A DNA stretch of 64,000 nt. It comes from Vicugna vicugna. Taxonomy: Eukaryota. The notes under the pieces were generated by a model that was not told the DNA's origin, did no database searches, and saw nothing but the letters and a program-made list of their open reading frames with translations. The stretch lies in the NCBI GenBank assembly GCA_013265495.1, contig MU062353.1, positions 498,648 to 562,647 on the forward strand. The letters run 5' to 3'. Below, in pieces: positions 1 through 13,880 of the stretch (within the stretch, counting starts at the first letter, position 1; every line of letters begins with the position of its first letter). Position numbers and translations under genes: made by a program.

Positions 1-205
1 ATACTTATTTCAGTAAAGTGCTAGGGCGGTCATGCAGGACGTGGTAAAGGTCATTAACACTGCTGCATGTTACATGTGAAAGTTGTTAAGAGAGTAAATC
101 GAAGAGTTCTCATCACAAGGAAATATGTGTTTTTTTCCTATTTTTTTAATTTTGTATGCATATGAAATGATGGATGTTTGCTACACTTATTGTGGTAATC
201 GTTCC
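1..205 (+). mobile_element. Old L1 (L1MC-like) 3' fragment
   Basis: gttaagagagtaaat..agttctcatcacaagg..gatggatgtt..cttattgtggtaatc resembles the L1MC 3' end. Confidence 0.65.
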
Positions 206-218
206 AGGAAGTAAAATA

Positions 219-470
219 TATTACGGTTACCAAAGGGGAAAAAGAGGGGGATGGATAAATTAGGAGTTTGGAACTAACAGGTACAAACTACTATGTATAA
301 AATAGATATACAACGAGGTCCTACTGTATAGCGCGAAGAACTGTATTTCAGTATCTTGTAATAATCTATAATGAAAAAGAAAATATATGTGTGTGGAACT
401 GAATCACTGTGCTGTGCACCAGAAACTAGCACAGCATTGTAAATCAACTGTACTTCAATACAAAATAAAT
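219..470 (+). mobile_element. Young L1 3' end (cetartiodactyl/camelid type), 5'-truncated
   Basis: ggttaccaaagggg..ggataaattaggag..aaatcaactgtacttcaat plus A-rich tail. Candidate TSD aagtaaaata at 209-218 and 471-480 (low complexity). Confidence 0.85.
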
Positions 471-593
471 AAGTAAAATAAAATAAAGTACTGATTTTAA
501 GCCCTCAGAACAAAAAGACAAGGGAGCCTTGCGGCCTGCTTTCCCTTAGGGATAACTGGTACTTTGTACCACCTGACGACGGGTGTAGGTGTG

Positions 594-1060
594 CGGGCGG
601 ACCTCGGAGACAGTCACGGTTTCCATTCCAGACCACTGCATAAAGCAAGTATCACAAAAAAAGCGAGTCGCACAAATTTTTTGATCTCCCAGGGCATATA
701 ACTTAAAAGCTATGTGTACACTATACTGTAGCCTGTTTAAAGTATGCAGTAGCATTTTGTTGAAAAAGACAGTATGCTTACCTTAGTTAACAAGTGCTTT
801 ATTGCTAAAAAAAAAATGCTGCCATCTGAGCCTTCAGTGAGTTGTAATCTTTTTGCAGTAGTTAACATCAGAGAGCACTGATCACAGATCACCATAACAA
901 ATATAATAATAATGAAAAAGTTTGAAATACTGTGAGAATTACCCAGATGTGATTCAGAGACACAAACTGAGCTAATGCTGTTGGAAAAACGCTATTGGCG
1001 CAGACAGACTTGCTGCCGCAAACCTGCAATTCGTGAAAAGCGCAGTACGAGGTATGCCTG
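594..1060 (+). mobile_element. Tigger2a/MER28-like DNA transposon
   Basis: Terminal inverted repeats cgggcggacctcg and cgaggtatgcctg (10/13 match), followed by ta. Internal gatcacagatcaccataac..gaaaaagtttgaaat is typical of the Tigger2 family. Confidence 0.8.
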
Positions 1061-2101
1061 TATCTGTTTCTTCCTGGGGATGCACCCACCCTCGCCCCGA
1101 GATCTGGGACAGGACGAGGGCTCAGGCGGGTTCTGCGTGTGCTGGAGGGAGGGGCAGACGTGCTTGTTTTTGCTTCCCAAGTAGAACGGCCAATTTTTTC
1201 ACAGGAGACGTGAGGTGGGGACCACCGAAGCAGGGAGCTTCTCTCCTTTCTAAGGAGCAGGTCCTTCACAAGGTGTCCCCAAAAGAGTGGTCAGGCTGGT
1301 GTCTTGCTCTGTGGCCATCTCGTGCACAAACCATCTACAGCGTTGCGTTAGTCCCTAGGTGTAAGGATGCAGTGGAAAAGGATGCTAGTTACGTAGCCTC
1401 AGCTGAAAGGGCGCCTGTTTCAGGCGTGTTCTCTTACTCCTCTCTTTAAAACTCTAACAGTCCTTCAAGAACTGACTCCAGGGTACCTTACCTAGCCTTC
1501 TGCTTTCAGCTTCTCCATAGTCATTGTCACCTGTCACCTGTATATATGATGGTATAACATCTGCTTTGGTTTCTTTTATCTTCACCTCTGCCACCAGTAG
1601 AATATAAGTACCAAGAGGGAATTTTGTCTTTTTTATTCTCAGCAACAACTTTAGTGTCTGGAACAGACCTTCTGAAGCCCAGTACCCACTCAAACATGTT
1701 AAATGGCTGAAGATCATATATGTCATGATCATTCTCCACCCCAAATGTACGCAGATCACCTGTACTTGCCAGCAACCAAGTCTTTGGACACGAGGAATTA
1801 GCTCATTCAAAGTTTCCTGGCATAGGGTCTGAGTAACCAAGATTTTGTTTCGCATATCAAGATTTTAAAATGACTCAAAGTTTTTATCACCTTCGGTGCT
1901 TCTCTTTAATCCTAGTTGGTTCGTGAAGCTGTCAGGAAGACAACCTGCTTTTGGTTATATATGACTTTTCTTGCCTCCTAGATAGTCTTTAAAAAAGCAA
2001 TTTAGCTTCTTACTGTAACTACATTCCAAGCTTGATATTTCTGTGCTCTTGCTAGAGTATCATTTTCCCTCTTTGAATTTTCATGATTTTAAGCTCAGAT
2101 A

Positions 2102-2155
2102 CATTGGAACTAATGGTATTTCAATTAAAAAATAAAATAAATTTAAAAATAAGTA
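2102..2155 (+). mobile_element. 54-bp micro-insertion of the extreme L1 3' end plus A-tail
   Basis: cattggaactaatggtatttcaattaaaaaataaaa, flanked by aagctcagata (2091-2101) and aagctcaaata (2156-2166), 10/11 TSD. Confidence 0.65.
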
Positions 2156-3194
2156 AAGCTCAAATAGTAAGTATACTAAATACTTTGGTCTGCGTCTCAA
2201 AAATCCAAGAACATTTTCTACAGAGCCCAAATTGACACCATCTCACCCACGAAATTAACAATACTTTCAAAATATCGTCAGATAGCCAGATTTTCCTGAA
2301 GCCTGAGACATGGGCTTCCCTGCTCATTTTTCCACACCAGATCCCATGCAGGACCTGCACTAACATCCTATATCCTAAATTCTTGTGTTTCAGAACAGTC
2401 CTTTTTGCATCATGACACTGATACACTAAAGTTTCCTAGAACCTGCCCATCCTCGGATTCGTCTTATGTCCTAGAGATGTTATTTAGATGATTTATTCCT
2501 GGATTATTCTTCTTACTATGAGTATGTACTCAGGCGGCTGAGAAAAGAGAAATTCTTTTTCAAATGTTCGAAACCAGTGCTGCTACTTACACTAAACCTT
2601 GCTTTAATGCTTCTCTTCTCTCTTTCCTTTTCTTATTTTTTTAGACATTCACTGAATTAAACAGGGCAGCATTTAAAAGCTGATATGAAGAAAAGTTGAT
2701 TTTATGCTGAATCATCATTTTTATCATCTTCCTTAACTTTTCTTTCATGCCTAGCATCTTCCAATGAATACCATTAGTTTTATTCTTGGAATTGGCAGAA
2801 ATCTTAGTGGCCAATACACACATGAATTTCATACTGGATTCTACAGTCTTCTGTTCATATAAGGGTGCCATGTAGTAATAGAATTCTGAAAATATAATCT
2901 ATGACATAGGTTTGTGGAGTTTTCTTGGGTTTTGTTTTTGTTTTTGTTTTTTACTTTAATGATTAAGTCATTTTGTATTCCCTCTCTTAAGATCTTTCCT
3001 AGGACTGCCTGACATCTGACTCTTTTATGTTTTCTAATAAGGAAAATCAAGCTGTGCATGTAATTGTCACAGATTCTGAGTGTTCTGGAGGAATATCTCC
3101 GTGGGATTCAGTCATGAGGCCATTCATTCTTTTACACACCTGAGTCAGGTGCTGTGCCGAGCACTGTGCATGTGGTCTTGGTTTTATTTCTCTC

Positions 3195-3420
3195 TTATGC
3201 AGTATTTACTGTGGGTCAGGTGCTGTTCTGAGGGCATTACAAATATAAACCCATTTGTTCCTTATCATACCCCATGAAACTACTGTTATAAATTTGCCAT
3301 TTACAGATGAGGATAAGGAGGCACAGAGAGGTTAAGCAATTTGCTTACGGTCACAGAGCTGAGATTCAAATCCAGGTGGGCTGGCCCCAGAGTTCATACT
3401 TCTAATCACTCCACTGTGCT
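3195..3420 (-). mobile_element. MIR SINE
   Basis: Core ccatttacagatgagga..gaggcacagagaggttaagcaatttgc..ggtcacag. Confidence 0.85.
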
Positions 3421-3645
3421 AAAGCACCCTGCTTCCTTGGAGCCTGCATTCTGCCCACTCGGAAGAGGGCAGGAGGTAGGGGTCACCGTTGTTTCTGCCA
3501 TGCAGTTTTAGAACTTGGACATCCTCGAGCCCGTGAGGCCTCTCACTTTGTTTCCTTGTATCTCTTTGTCCTCAAATCAGGACACAGCCCAGCCTCATAC
3601 TTGTCACATACCACCCACCCCCCCGCCCCAGCCCACCCTCAATGC

Positions 3646-3837
3646 CAGAGGTCAGCAGTCTTTCTGTAAAGAGCCAGATAATAAATATTTGAGCCTCTGC
3701 AGGCCGCATGCAGTCTCTGTTACCTATTTTTCTTTCTGTTTTTTTCCCCTTCCTTCAGCACTTTAAAAATATAAATATCACCCTGAGCTCACAACATGTA
3801 CAGGAACACGTCCTAGGCTGTGGTTTGTCACCCCCTG
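3646..3837 (+). mobile_element. MER58-family hAT-Charlie MITE
   Basis: cagaggtcagcag..ttctgtaaagagccagataataaatattt..tggtttgtcaccccctg termini. Confidence 0.75.
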
Positions 3838-3899
3838 CTCCATGGATTGCTCATTTGTACTTCTTTGAGCACTCTCTGTGCTCTTGTCAGCTGATTCTG

Positions 3900-4922
3900 T
3901 TTCTGGTGCTCAGGTTTCCCTCTTCCCCACCACAGGTCCTTTGCACATGCTCTACCCACTCTGCCTTGTGGAGAGCTGTCCTTGGCCCCTAGACTTCATT
4001 AACTTTGGGTTTTATTTAGGCCACATTTCAGTGACCTTCCTAGTAGATGCCTTGCTGTACACCCCAGATCTGCTCAGAACTGTTATCTGCTCATAATTGT
4101 TACCACAATAGAAAGTTAACACTTACGTGGGTGATGAGGTCACTGTCTGTCCTTTTGGTTGTTAGCCCCTGGGAGTTCTCCTTGTCCCCCCTTGTGTCTC
4201 TAGCTCCCGACACAATGTCCCTAACCAGATTCCCAGGTTCTACTCTGGTCTCCCCAGAGCCCACTCTCCCTGCTGGTTACCCAGCAACCAGACCCATCTT
4301 CGAAACTAATCTGATTGAGTCATTTACATTGCATATAAATAAATGTGCTATTTCTTACCATAACCAACATGGCCTTGCAGGGTCTTGTCCCACCTGTCTG
4401 TCTCCATCACCTTAACTTACACTTCTCCTGACTCGCTCCCCCAAGCTCACTGGCTCTTTGTCGTGTTTTTTCCTTGATGGTGGTAAGCTCACCCTCATGC
4501 CAGGACCTTTGCACATGCTCTTACACCTGTCTTAACCATCTGCCCGCCTTGACTCTTTCAGCATTCCAAGTCTCTGTGCCCACAGCACTTTCTCAGTGGC
4601 CTTCCCCGACCATCCTATTGAAATGGTGTCCCTGACCCCCCAGACACACATCTGTTGTAGCCACTGGTTAACACATAGGGCTTTCTTTTCTCTACCATAC
4701 TTTTGAATAGTTTTTTTTCCCCTTATTTAATATTTGCTCATATGCTGCGTCCCCCACTAAAACATATTCCAAGAAAGCAGAAGCTTTGTCACGTTCAGCC
4801 GTCTACCTCTGGAACAGCACCAGGCACTTGGTAAAAGCACGGTCAGTGTCGTTGATTGAATCACTGGTGTGTGGCATTGACATGTGCTTAATAGAATGGC
4901 TCGATGGATGACTGAATAAATG
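3900..4922 (+). mobile_element. L2 LINE 3' fragments
   Basis: aggacctttgcacatgct motifs and a degenerate 3' end (caccaggcacttgg..gatggatgactgaataaatg). Confidence 0.7.
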
Positions 4923-5489
4923 CATTACCACTTTTTTTGCTTACTATCAATTTACATCCCCCTCTCAATCCAAGACTTCACTATTCACTGACTAAAGAAA
5001 AAGTGTCTGAACAGCTGGTCTCCCCAGTTGCACATCCCTCACTGTCAAGCTCAGAGCCTGTGTGAAAGTCCGTAGTCAAGCCTGTGTACTTGCTGTTCCT
5101 GGTTGGGCATTGTCTGGGGATCCCCGCCTGGTCCTCACACCCACTCTTCATGTCCCACCTGCTCAGACACCTCTAGCTCACAATGCTCACTTTCCCCTGT
5201 GAACTTCTGAAGCATTTAGTACTCAGTGTGTCTGTTACACGGGAATTAGTGTAGATTCTCTTGCCCAGAATAGGCATTTGTTAAATGTCTTAAGAAGGAT
5301 GGTACATCCTAGTTTAGATTAAGGCTGTGACCTGTCTAGCTCACCCTTAATGCCTGAGTCATGAATTTTTGGTCTCTCAGTTTAGTCCTTATCTTCCTAC
5401 AGCAGGAGTGTGACCTGGGCTGGGGGGGTAAGCTTGTGACAGTTTACAAGGGAGGCTTTTAGCTACAGATAACCAAAACCCAGTCGTTA

Positions 5490-5585
5490 ACATTTGCAAA
5501 ATTCAAACCCCCAAATTTATCCCTTCCCACCCCTTTCCTCCTGGTAACCATAACTTCAGTTTTAAAAAAATTAAAAAAAAATAAA
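5490..5585 (+). mobile_element. 96-bp 5'-inverted L1 3'-end insertion
   Basis: Antisense L1 3'UTR piece (5490-5553) joined to sense cttcag..A-tail. TSD cagtcgtta at 5481-5489 and 5586-5594. Confidence 0.8.
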
Positions 5586-8500
5586 CAGTCGTTAGTGGTT
5601 GGAGCACTGGGCTGCTGCCGTGGTACAGAGATACCACCTTTTTGTATCTTTCCACCCCAGCATCCTAATCAGCTTCTGCAAACTAATGTTTGTCACCTAA
5701 CAGTTGACAGATGGCTGTCGCCCCTCCAGATGGAGAGAAAGTAGAAGGTAAAAGAACAAAAGTGCTCTGAACATCAGCAGGAACCTTCTCATCTGGAAAG
5801 GAAAAGCCCTCCTCAGAGCCCCACCTGGAAGCCCAGGCAGGGGTCCTCTGGCGTCTGAGATGCGGAAGCATGTCAGTCACGTGGCCTTCCCTGTCGGCAA
5901 GGGCATGGAGTGTTTGGTTTCTTACTTTCTCTGGTCAAAGAAGCCATGGGGAAAGGAGTTAGGAATGGTTTTGGGGTAGCTTACAAACCGTTTCTGCTGC
6001 AGGGCACTTTTCAGGAGAGAAGGTTAATTAAATTCTAGGAGATCGTTTCATTGACAAATCAATATACCCATTACCTAAGGAATGTCATCAAAACAACTGT
6101 GCTGAAACTCAGCGGACTGCTAAAGAGAAAGCTGTGGGGAATCAGTTTTTAAATGATGTTACCTGTAGGTAACAGAGATTCTAAGAGTACAACATTAAAG
6201 GTAGATAACTTTTTTTTAGTAATTATCAACATATGGTAGATAGAATTTTCTGAGCATCGAATTCATTTACAAAATATCTAAAATATCTTAATTAATTAAT
6301 TAATTTAGAGAGTTAGTTACTTAACTAATTCAATGAGATGATGTTTGAAGGAGCCGTAGATTTATGAATCATAAACTTTCTTTTCTTTCTTATCTTTCTT
6401 TTTTTTTTTTTGCATCCAGCTCCTTATATTTTGTGTCCTTATGGTATGGGGGGTATAGAGTGGAGGTGTATTTTTTTCAGATTTGGAGACCCTGAAAATA
6501 ACGATTTTATTAATTAACGCGCTCTTATTCAAGACCAGTGGTGAGAGTATTTACAAAGAGTGAGGCATCACAGTAGCAGAGTCCTCTCCCTTTTTATGCT
6601 TCGTGCTGAACTGTGATGCACGTAAAGAGAAATGCACATAAAACACAGGTCTACAGCTCGATGGATTTGCAAAACTCACCACAACCAGGTAGCCGACAGC
6701 CAGGTCAACACAGAGCCTGACTTCAGCCCCCAGAAGTCTCTCTCCTGTTCCCTCCCAGTCACTAACCTTCCCTTTGCCAAAGTGTAACAACAGCTCCTCT
6801 GAGTTCTACCGGTGGTAAGAAGTCATTGTTTTCATAGTTTATATAAATGGAAAAAGACAGTGTATCCTCTTGTATGTCTGGCTTCTAATAGTGCCTTCAA
6901 GTGGAAAAGAGACGGGTTTTTTTCTTATTTAGCTGTCCTCCCCTCAAAACATTTGCTCGGAACCATGAAGAATTGACTTCCTTTCCTTTATATTTTCTGA
7001 CATTTTCTAGCAACTTCTGATTTTCCTAATTCAGCAGCAGCAGTGTTGGGAACTGCTTTCCTCCAGGATAAACTGACTTATCCAATCATTGTACCTTTCA
7101 GGCTAAACTGGTGGCGCTAAGACCTGGGGCAGAAGGGGTGGGAAAGAACCGTCTATTTACAATTTTTGTTTTATTTTCTCTCTGTTCCCGACTCTGGGAG
7201 ATTCCTTCCTCTTTCTAGATCACCACGGAAGTGTCTGAGTAGCTTCCTGTTGAGACTTGTCCATCTGGTCCCAGGTTGGTCCTTACATTTCGAGAACCGA
7301 CAGCTGTTCTGTCTGACTCTCCCCCCATCGCTGCTGTACAGTCGGGTCTCGTGGTTGTCCAATTCACATAAACCATGGAGACCTGCTTTCTCTCTGCCAT
7401 TTCCTCTCCTTTGTCCTACGAAGGGGAAGCAAAAAAGAGTCAGTCTTAGAGACAATGAAAGAATAAATATAGCCTTTTTTTTTTAGAGAATGCAAATGGT
7501 GAACTGAATTGTTTTGCGTGACTTAAACAAAAAGGAATTAAAACTGATACGGGAGTCAAACACTTTCATTCTCTAAAGGAAATACCAGGGGGTCAAATGG
7601 ACTCTGTCAAGGTCAGGCTTAAATCCCCTTTGTGATGCAGTGTCTCCTTCACCAAACTGAAGTCTTGTGTGCCAACACGCACGATTTTGTCATCAGTGGT
7701 TTATTTCCGCATAATAGTGTCCCTTTGACCCTTTACTCTCATTAAATTCGAACACTCCTGAGGGGATGAGCATTTTTGGATAGTTCCTCTTTCTTTAGAA
7801 GTGTTTCTTATTACTGGAATTTAAACGCTGTAAAAGCTGTCTACTGTAAATTGACATATGCTGAAATATGTAAATGTGCTATGAATGTTCCACCGTGTTA
7901 CCAGGGGACTGCGTTACTGTAAGTTGTTTGATTGTTTGTAAGGAAATTGCTTTATGATTCTCAGCGTCTCATTTCCATAAACTTCCTTGCATTTTCTTCC
8001 GCTGTGATCAGCTCTCTAAAAGCCTACTCATCTTAATCACATCACAGAATGACATTGTCCAGCAGTTAAAAAGGAGGGTAGAAAAGTAATTTTTTCCCCT
8101 TTCTGTGTTTCCAGCTATTTATGAAAACTGCAGTTAAAAATTGTAATGTTGGTCGGTTGGGCATTCTTTGGGAAGATGCCACATTCATTAAAACATAACT
8201 GTGTGCTGCTGTTTTAATAGTGTCCAAATAGATCATTGAATTCATGGACATCTAAATTTAATTCCAGGAATCAAAGCTATGGTAATAAGAACTGGACCTG
8301 AATTCTCTTAGGCCAAGTAATTTAATTCCTCCGCCAGCTGAACCATCATGGATCTCGAGTCCTTGTTATTATGCCAGTAAATTGCTCAGGCAGATGCAGT
8401 GATGGGTGATAGGCCTCTATTTCACTTTTTGCTGGCCAGACACATACCAGAATGCAGATCACTTAAAACACAGCTGTTTTCATAAGCATGTTTTCTGTTT

Positions 8501-9812
8501 GGAGTTTTAAATGCAACATGTCAGTCTTAACAGAGACGGTTGGGGGAGGTCCCTGGGGATGCCCAGGTCGTGTTTTCACCGTCCCACCTGGAAGCACAGT
8601 GCTGTCCTAACCCTGGACCACACACCTGGACCCTGTCACTCCACTCCTGCTTCAAGACAGCATGCATTCATCACGGTTTAAGGGGAAGACACGTTTGATT
8701 GGGTTTTCCTCCCTGGTTTAACCTGAATTTCCCCCCAAATTTAGAGAACTATATAGTGTTGGTGCCTACAGTCTTGATTGAATACGAAAGAGAGCTCCAA
8801 CACACTAAACTGGCTGATGGCATAGATTAAGTCATCTTTATTTTATTCACTTCACTCCATTTATTCCATTAATAACTTATTTATTGATAGATTATTACTA
8901 TTAATGTTATTCTGTCTGATAAATTGCACCTTATTCTTATCTTTAGCCACATGCTTCAACTTCTTTGGATAAGTTCATTTATTATCCATTTCTCATATTT
9001 AATCTGGATTAGAAAGACGTTCCACTTGGGGTTGGGGGTTATACATATATGCAAAAGTCCTTTAAATTCTGAGTTAGTCAGGGAATTCCCTCTTCACATA
9101 TCTTTCTCTTTTTCACCCTCAGCATTTGTGGCTGTCTTATCAGACTTTCAGTATTTGAAAGCCTTCTACCATCTTCCTTTCTGGCTCCCCACACCACTCT
9201 TTTCCATGCCATTTTTGAAATCTGATTTTCTGTACCATGCGAAACTCACACTAGCATCCCAAGGCTTCAGGTTGTGGCTGATACCAACCCCCCAGGTTCC
9301 TGTCACTTTTCCCAACAAGAAGCTTCTCTGTGTAGGCAGGCATCAGCTCTGGGCTAAAATTTAAATGTCAACAAGGCATAAATCAATCCTTTTCCTTTGG
9401 TGCTACTTACCAAGTAGGACCTGTGGCAGATGCTCTGGTGAGCTGACATCCTCCAGCACATCTACATCTTTCTCCTGTATGGGTTTTGTGATCTGATCAA
9501 GGGTGAAATTTCTATTTCTCCTCTCCAGCCAGATGACACGTGATACGCTTTCACTATTTAACACTTACATTCCAATCTTCATTTGTCATCTTCCACAAGC
9601 TCTCGACCACGTCTGTACTGGTAGGTACATGACTGCCGCAAGAACATCCTACTAGGACTTAACCGATTGTGTTCCAGATGTGGTCTTCTTTGGCCATCCA
9701 CATTTGCTGACTTCTACTCACCACTCTGATTAAGTATATACATGTTTGATGCCATGAACATTACTCCTGACCCCCTTGCCAATTACACTGTGACTTACTG
9801 CCTGTCTGCTAC

Positions 9813-10017
9813 CATTATTCTCAGTATTGCATACGTCAGAATATTGTCCCCCAGCCATCAGCGTCAGTATCACCTGGGAACTTATTAGATATCCCAATTC
9901 TCAGGCCCTACCCCAGACCACTGATCAGAAATCTGGGGGTGGTGCCTGATGATCTCTGTTTTAATAAGATTTTCAGGTGCATCCTTCTGATACTCACTGA
10001 AATTTTGAGAACCACTG
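9813..10017 (+). mobile_element. MER5A hAT-Charlie MITE
   Basis: cagtatcacctgggaacttattaga..ggccctaccccagacc..ttttgagaaccactg. Confidence 0.85.
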
Positions 10018-10084
10018 AAATATCTGATATTCTAGAATGCTTACACAACAAGCAAAAAGGAACACAGCTGTAGTTTCAATAGTT

Positions 10085-10375
10085 TCATACAACACTTCAC
10101 CATTTTACACTTTTAAGCGTATAACTCAGTGATGTTAAGCACATTCAAAATGTTGTGTAACTATCACCTCCATTTCCAGAACTTTTTCATCATCCCAGAT
10201 GAATAAGTGGAATCATTTTATATTTGTCCTTTTAAATTCAGCATATTTCACCTAGCATAAGGTTTCCAAAGTTCATCCATGTTGTAGCATGTATCAATAC
10301 TTCATCCCTTGTTATGTTGAATAATGTTCCATTAGGTGCACAGACTACATTTTGTTGGTATATTCAACTGATCAT
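10085..10375 (-). mobile_element. L1MB-like fragment
   Basis: caaaatgttgtgtaactatcacc..ttccagaactttttcatcatccca..gttcatccatgttgtagcatgtatcaatacttc. Confidence 0.75.
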
Positions 10376-10579
10376 TGAGTATTACAGATTTATTTAAGCC
10401 AATTTCTTCTTCCCTCTCCAGTTCCAGTTTAAACTTTCAATAGCCATTTTGAACCAGTTTCCACCTCCCTTTACTGAATATCTACTATGCAAGTGCTGTG
10501 TGCTGTCTTCTCATACATTACGAGAGGTCATCCCAGTAATACAGTAAACTCTGTTTTGTTCCCCCTCCCCCACCCCAGC

Positions 10580-10960
10580 CTTTTTAATAGACTTCATTGT
10601 TTAGAGCAGTTTTATGTTTAGAAAAAATTCAAGCAGGAAGTACAGAGAGTTCCCTCTGCCCTTCCCCCATTATTAACATTTTTGCATTAGTATTGTACGC
10701 TTGAACCAATGTCGATGCATTATTATTCATTGAAGTTCATCGTTTACATTAGAGTTCACTTTTCGTGTTGTACGGTTCTGTGGGTTTTGGCACATGATGT
10801 TGTGTATCCACTGATTCAGTATCTTACAGAGCAATTTCACTGCCCTGTGCTCTGCCTTTTCATCCTTTCCTTCTTCACCGCAGACTCCTAGCAACCACTG
10901 ATCTTTTTTATGATCTCCATAATTTTGCCTTTTCCAAAATATCCTATAGTTGGAATCACG
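10580..10960 (-). mobile_element. L1MC/L1MD-like 3' fragment
   Basis: tttttaatagacttcattgtttagagcagtttt..gcaggaagtacagagagttcc..gcaaccactgatcttttt. Confidence 0.75.
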
Positions 10961-11012
10961 GTATCCTCGTTTTGCAGCTGCGCAAACTAAAAAGAGCTGT
11001 GCTCAAGGGTAA

Positions 11013-11540
<528 letters not shown>

Positions 11541-12579
11541 TTGAATTTTCCTTCTTGGGGGAAAAGGAAGCCATCACACCAGAGTTTGAAATTTCTCTCC
11601 AACCTACCACCACTGCCGTCCTCAACCACAAGTAAAAATTCCACAGTAACCAAGCTATCCTTTTCTTGTTGAACTCTTTTTGGTTTAACAAGCAGTCCAA
11701 CAATTTATTTCAAATCACGTTAAATCCTGGTATTACGGGCTATTCTGTGCCTGTGTGTATGCTTCTTGGCACATTGTTGGGCAGAACCCCACTTAACTGG
11801 GCGCCATGTCATTTGACAAAGGCCGAGTTAGGCGACCTCCTTGGTGCTCTCCTGACAGTGGTGTTTATTACACTCCGTTGTCTTTGCCTCTTCCGCCTCC
11901 TAGACTATGAGCTCCTTGATGTCAAAGACTGGATTTTACTTAGTATGGTGCAGAGTGCCTGCCTTAGAGAAAATTTTCAGTATATCTTAGTTGAGTAAGT
12001 AATTGCGGTTAGATTTCACTAAAGCAGAAGAAAGGTATTTGATAAGTATCGCATTATTGTTTGCTGTGAAACTTAACTTGGATGACTTACGTTGTCTTTC
12101 CATTATTTTATTGGGGGAAGTGACAGTGCCTTCTTAGAGAGTAGCTGTATCTTTAAGATCTTAGACTTTCTTTTTCTGTTTAGTTAAGTTCCTATTGGAA
12201 AGGTTAGAAACTGAATGAACTAAAAGACTTCCTTCTTGTCTCCATGAAATAAAAACAAGCATTCCATTTACATTAAACAGCCAAAACTAGTGAATCGTTG
12301 GGTATGCCTTCCTGAAAGGGTGTGTGTTTGTTGTGCAAATTGTAAAAGATGGTTCTAGAATCAGATTGAATGAATATTACAGAATTATTGAGTTTTAATG
12401 TACTGCAAATACTTTTAAAGTCTATCCACAAATGTTACAACATTGTAAGTCTTGCTCTCACTTTTATTAATTGATTTCAGCTCCATTGTTAAATTGGAGC
12501 TTAAAATGGGCTACTTTTTTTTTTGCTTCAAGTAAGTTATTAATGATCATTGTAGTATCTTCTTCCCTTCACTGCATCT

Positions 12580-12880
12580 TTTATAACTTTATTAAGGTAT
12601 AATTTACATGTAAAATTCACTCTTTTTAAGGGTATAGGCGTATAATTCAGTGGCATTAATAACTTTATCAAATTGTGAAACCATCACCATAAACCAGTCT
12701 TAGCACATTTTCATCATCCAGTAAGAGCCCGCACACCCACTCGGTTAATCCTTGCTCTCACTGCCAGCCCCAAGCAACCACTAATCTACTTCACATCTCT
12801 ACAGATTTGCCTTTTCTCGACATTTAATACAAGTAGGGTCACACATGGCCTTTTGTGTCTGGCTGCTTTCGCTTAAGATA
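12580..12880 (-). mobile_element. L1MB-like 3' fragment
   Basis: actttattaaggtataatttacatg..gtgaaaccatcacca..gcaaccactaatctact..ggccttttgtgtctggctgctttc. Confidence 0.8.
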
Positions 12881-13559
12881 GTAGTTAAGGTGAAACTTAC
12901 TAGGCAGGGTAACATTAATAATAACCTATCGATAAATAAGTCCTGCATTTCTTTAACTTGTAGCTTTTAAAACTGAGATTCTGACTTGAACACTCAGAGT
13001 TAGCTTAAAAAACCTATTGGGAGTATCACATATTCTATAGAAATAAACATATAGTACAAGATAGATTGTTTAACTTTATCATCTACTTAATGGCAACTCC
13101 TTACATTTAAGTAAATGCACATTTCGTTTGAGCCACTGTTTTTCAAGTACACAAGATACTCTTTCCCAGGGTCTTTTCCATGCCCCTCCTGGGATCATTG
13201 GTGGCAGATCGTGTACATGAACTTGTTAGCTTCTATTTTCCTAGCATGGAAAGGACAGATTTTTCAGTGCTGCTTCTTCTTGAAACCTAAAAGACGTGTG
13301 ACTGCATGTTACAGCAGCGAATATTCTGCTGTAGGACTCCAGTTCTTGTGATCTCCATCAAGATAGCTGTCTGCATAGTCAACATTGCCTGCTTGCTCAC
13401 ATTTGTTTTTGGAGTACCTCTTTGTTTTGGAGTACCAAGCCATTTTGCTGGGCTCAGTGGATCGATCAAACTGAGAAGACACAGGGCAGCAGACCCTCAT
13501 GAGTGTTCATGTCTAGTAGGAAGCATAGGTCAAAGAAATGTGACATCTGTGTTGCAAAA

Positions 13560-13880
13560 CCTACAAGCCCAGAGCCTATTTCAAAGAATAAGAGATTGAT
13601 CAGAGAAGGGTCTATGAAAGAGATGGCACTTGAAGGAGAACTGGAAAGGCTCGTGGTGGAGCTCCTGATGGGTTTTCTTGTAGCCTCCTTTAGAATCAGT
13701 AGGAAGAGGAAAACCAATGTGGTGCCTTGGCAAGGCGCATGGCATGCTTGGGAGACAGGGTCAGTCCAGTTTAAACTGGAGCAGATAAATCTGCCATAAG
13801 AAGGTTACAGGATATTAGGTTGGAACTAAATTGTGGAGACCTTCAATGCCAGGCTGGCAAGTGTGGATCTTAACCAAGAG
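13560..13880 (-). mobile_element. L2 fragment
   Basis: gatcagagaagggtct..gagatggcacttgaagga..gaccttcaatgccaggctggcaagtgtggatctt is a typical antisense L2 stretch. Confidence 0.6.

Noticed and set aside
1412-1426. Short hairpins (cgcctg-ttt-caggcg; also near 13312 and 17793)
   Set aside because: Stems of 6-8 bp are expected by chance at this sequence length.
889-1449. Overlapping 126-aa and 138-aa ORFs in a GC-richer patch
   Set aside because: Partly within the Tigger2a element; no homology; expected by chance in GC-rich DNA.
7105-7120. CTCF-like GGTGGCGCT (also near 22303)
   Set aside because: Only half of the core matches; the CCASYAG part is missing.
8924-9364. 146-aa hydrophobic ORF
   Set aside because: TTG start in T-rich intron, which naturally yields F/L/I/S; no recognisable family.
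13287-13799. Several overlapping 60-98 aa ORFs that looked like a processed pseudogene
   Set aside because: No match to a protein I recognise, no poly-A/TSD, and the right part is an antisense L2 fragment.
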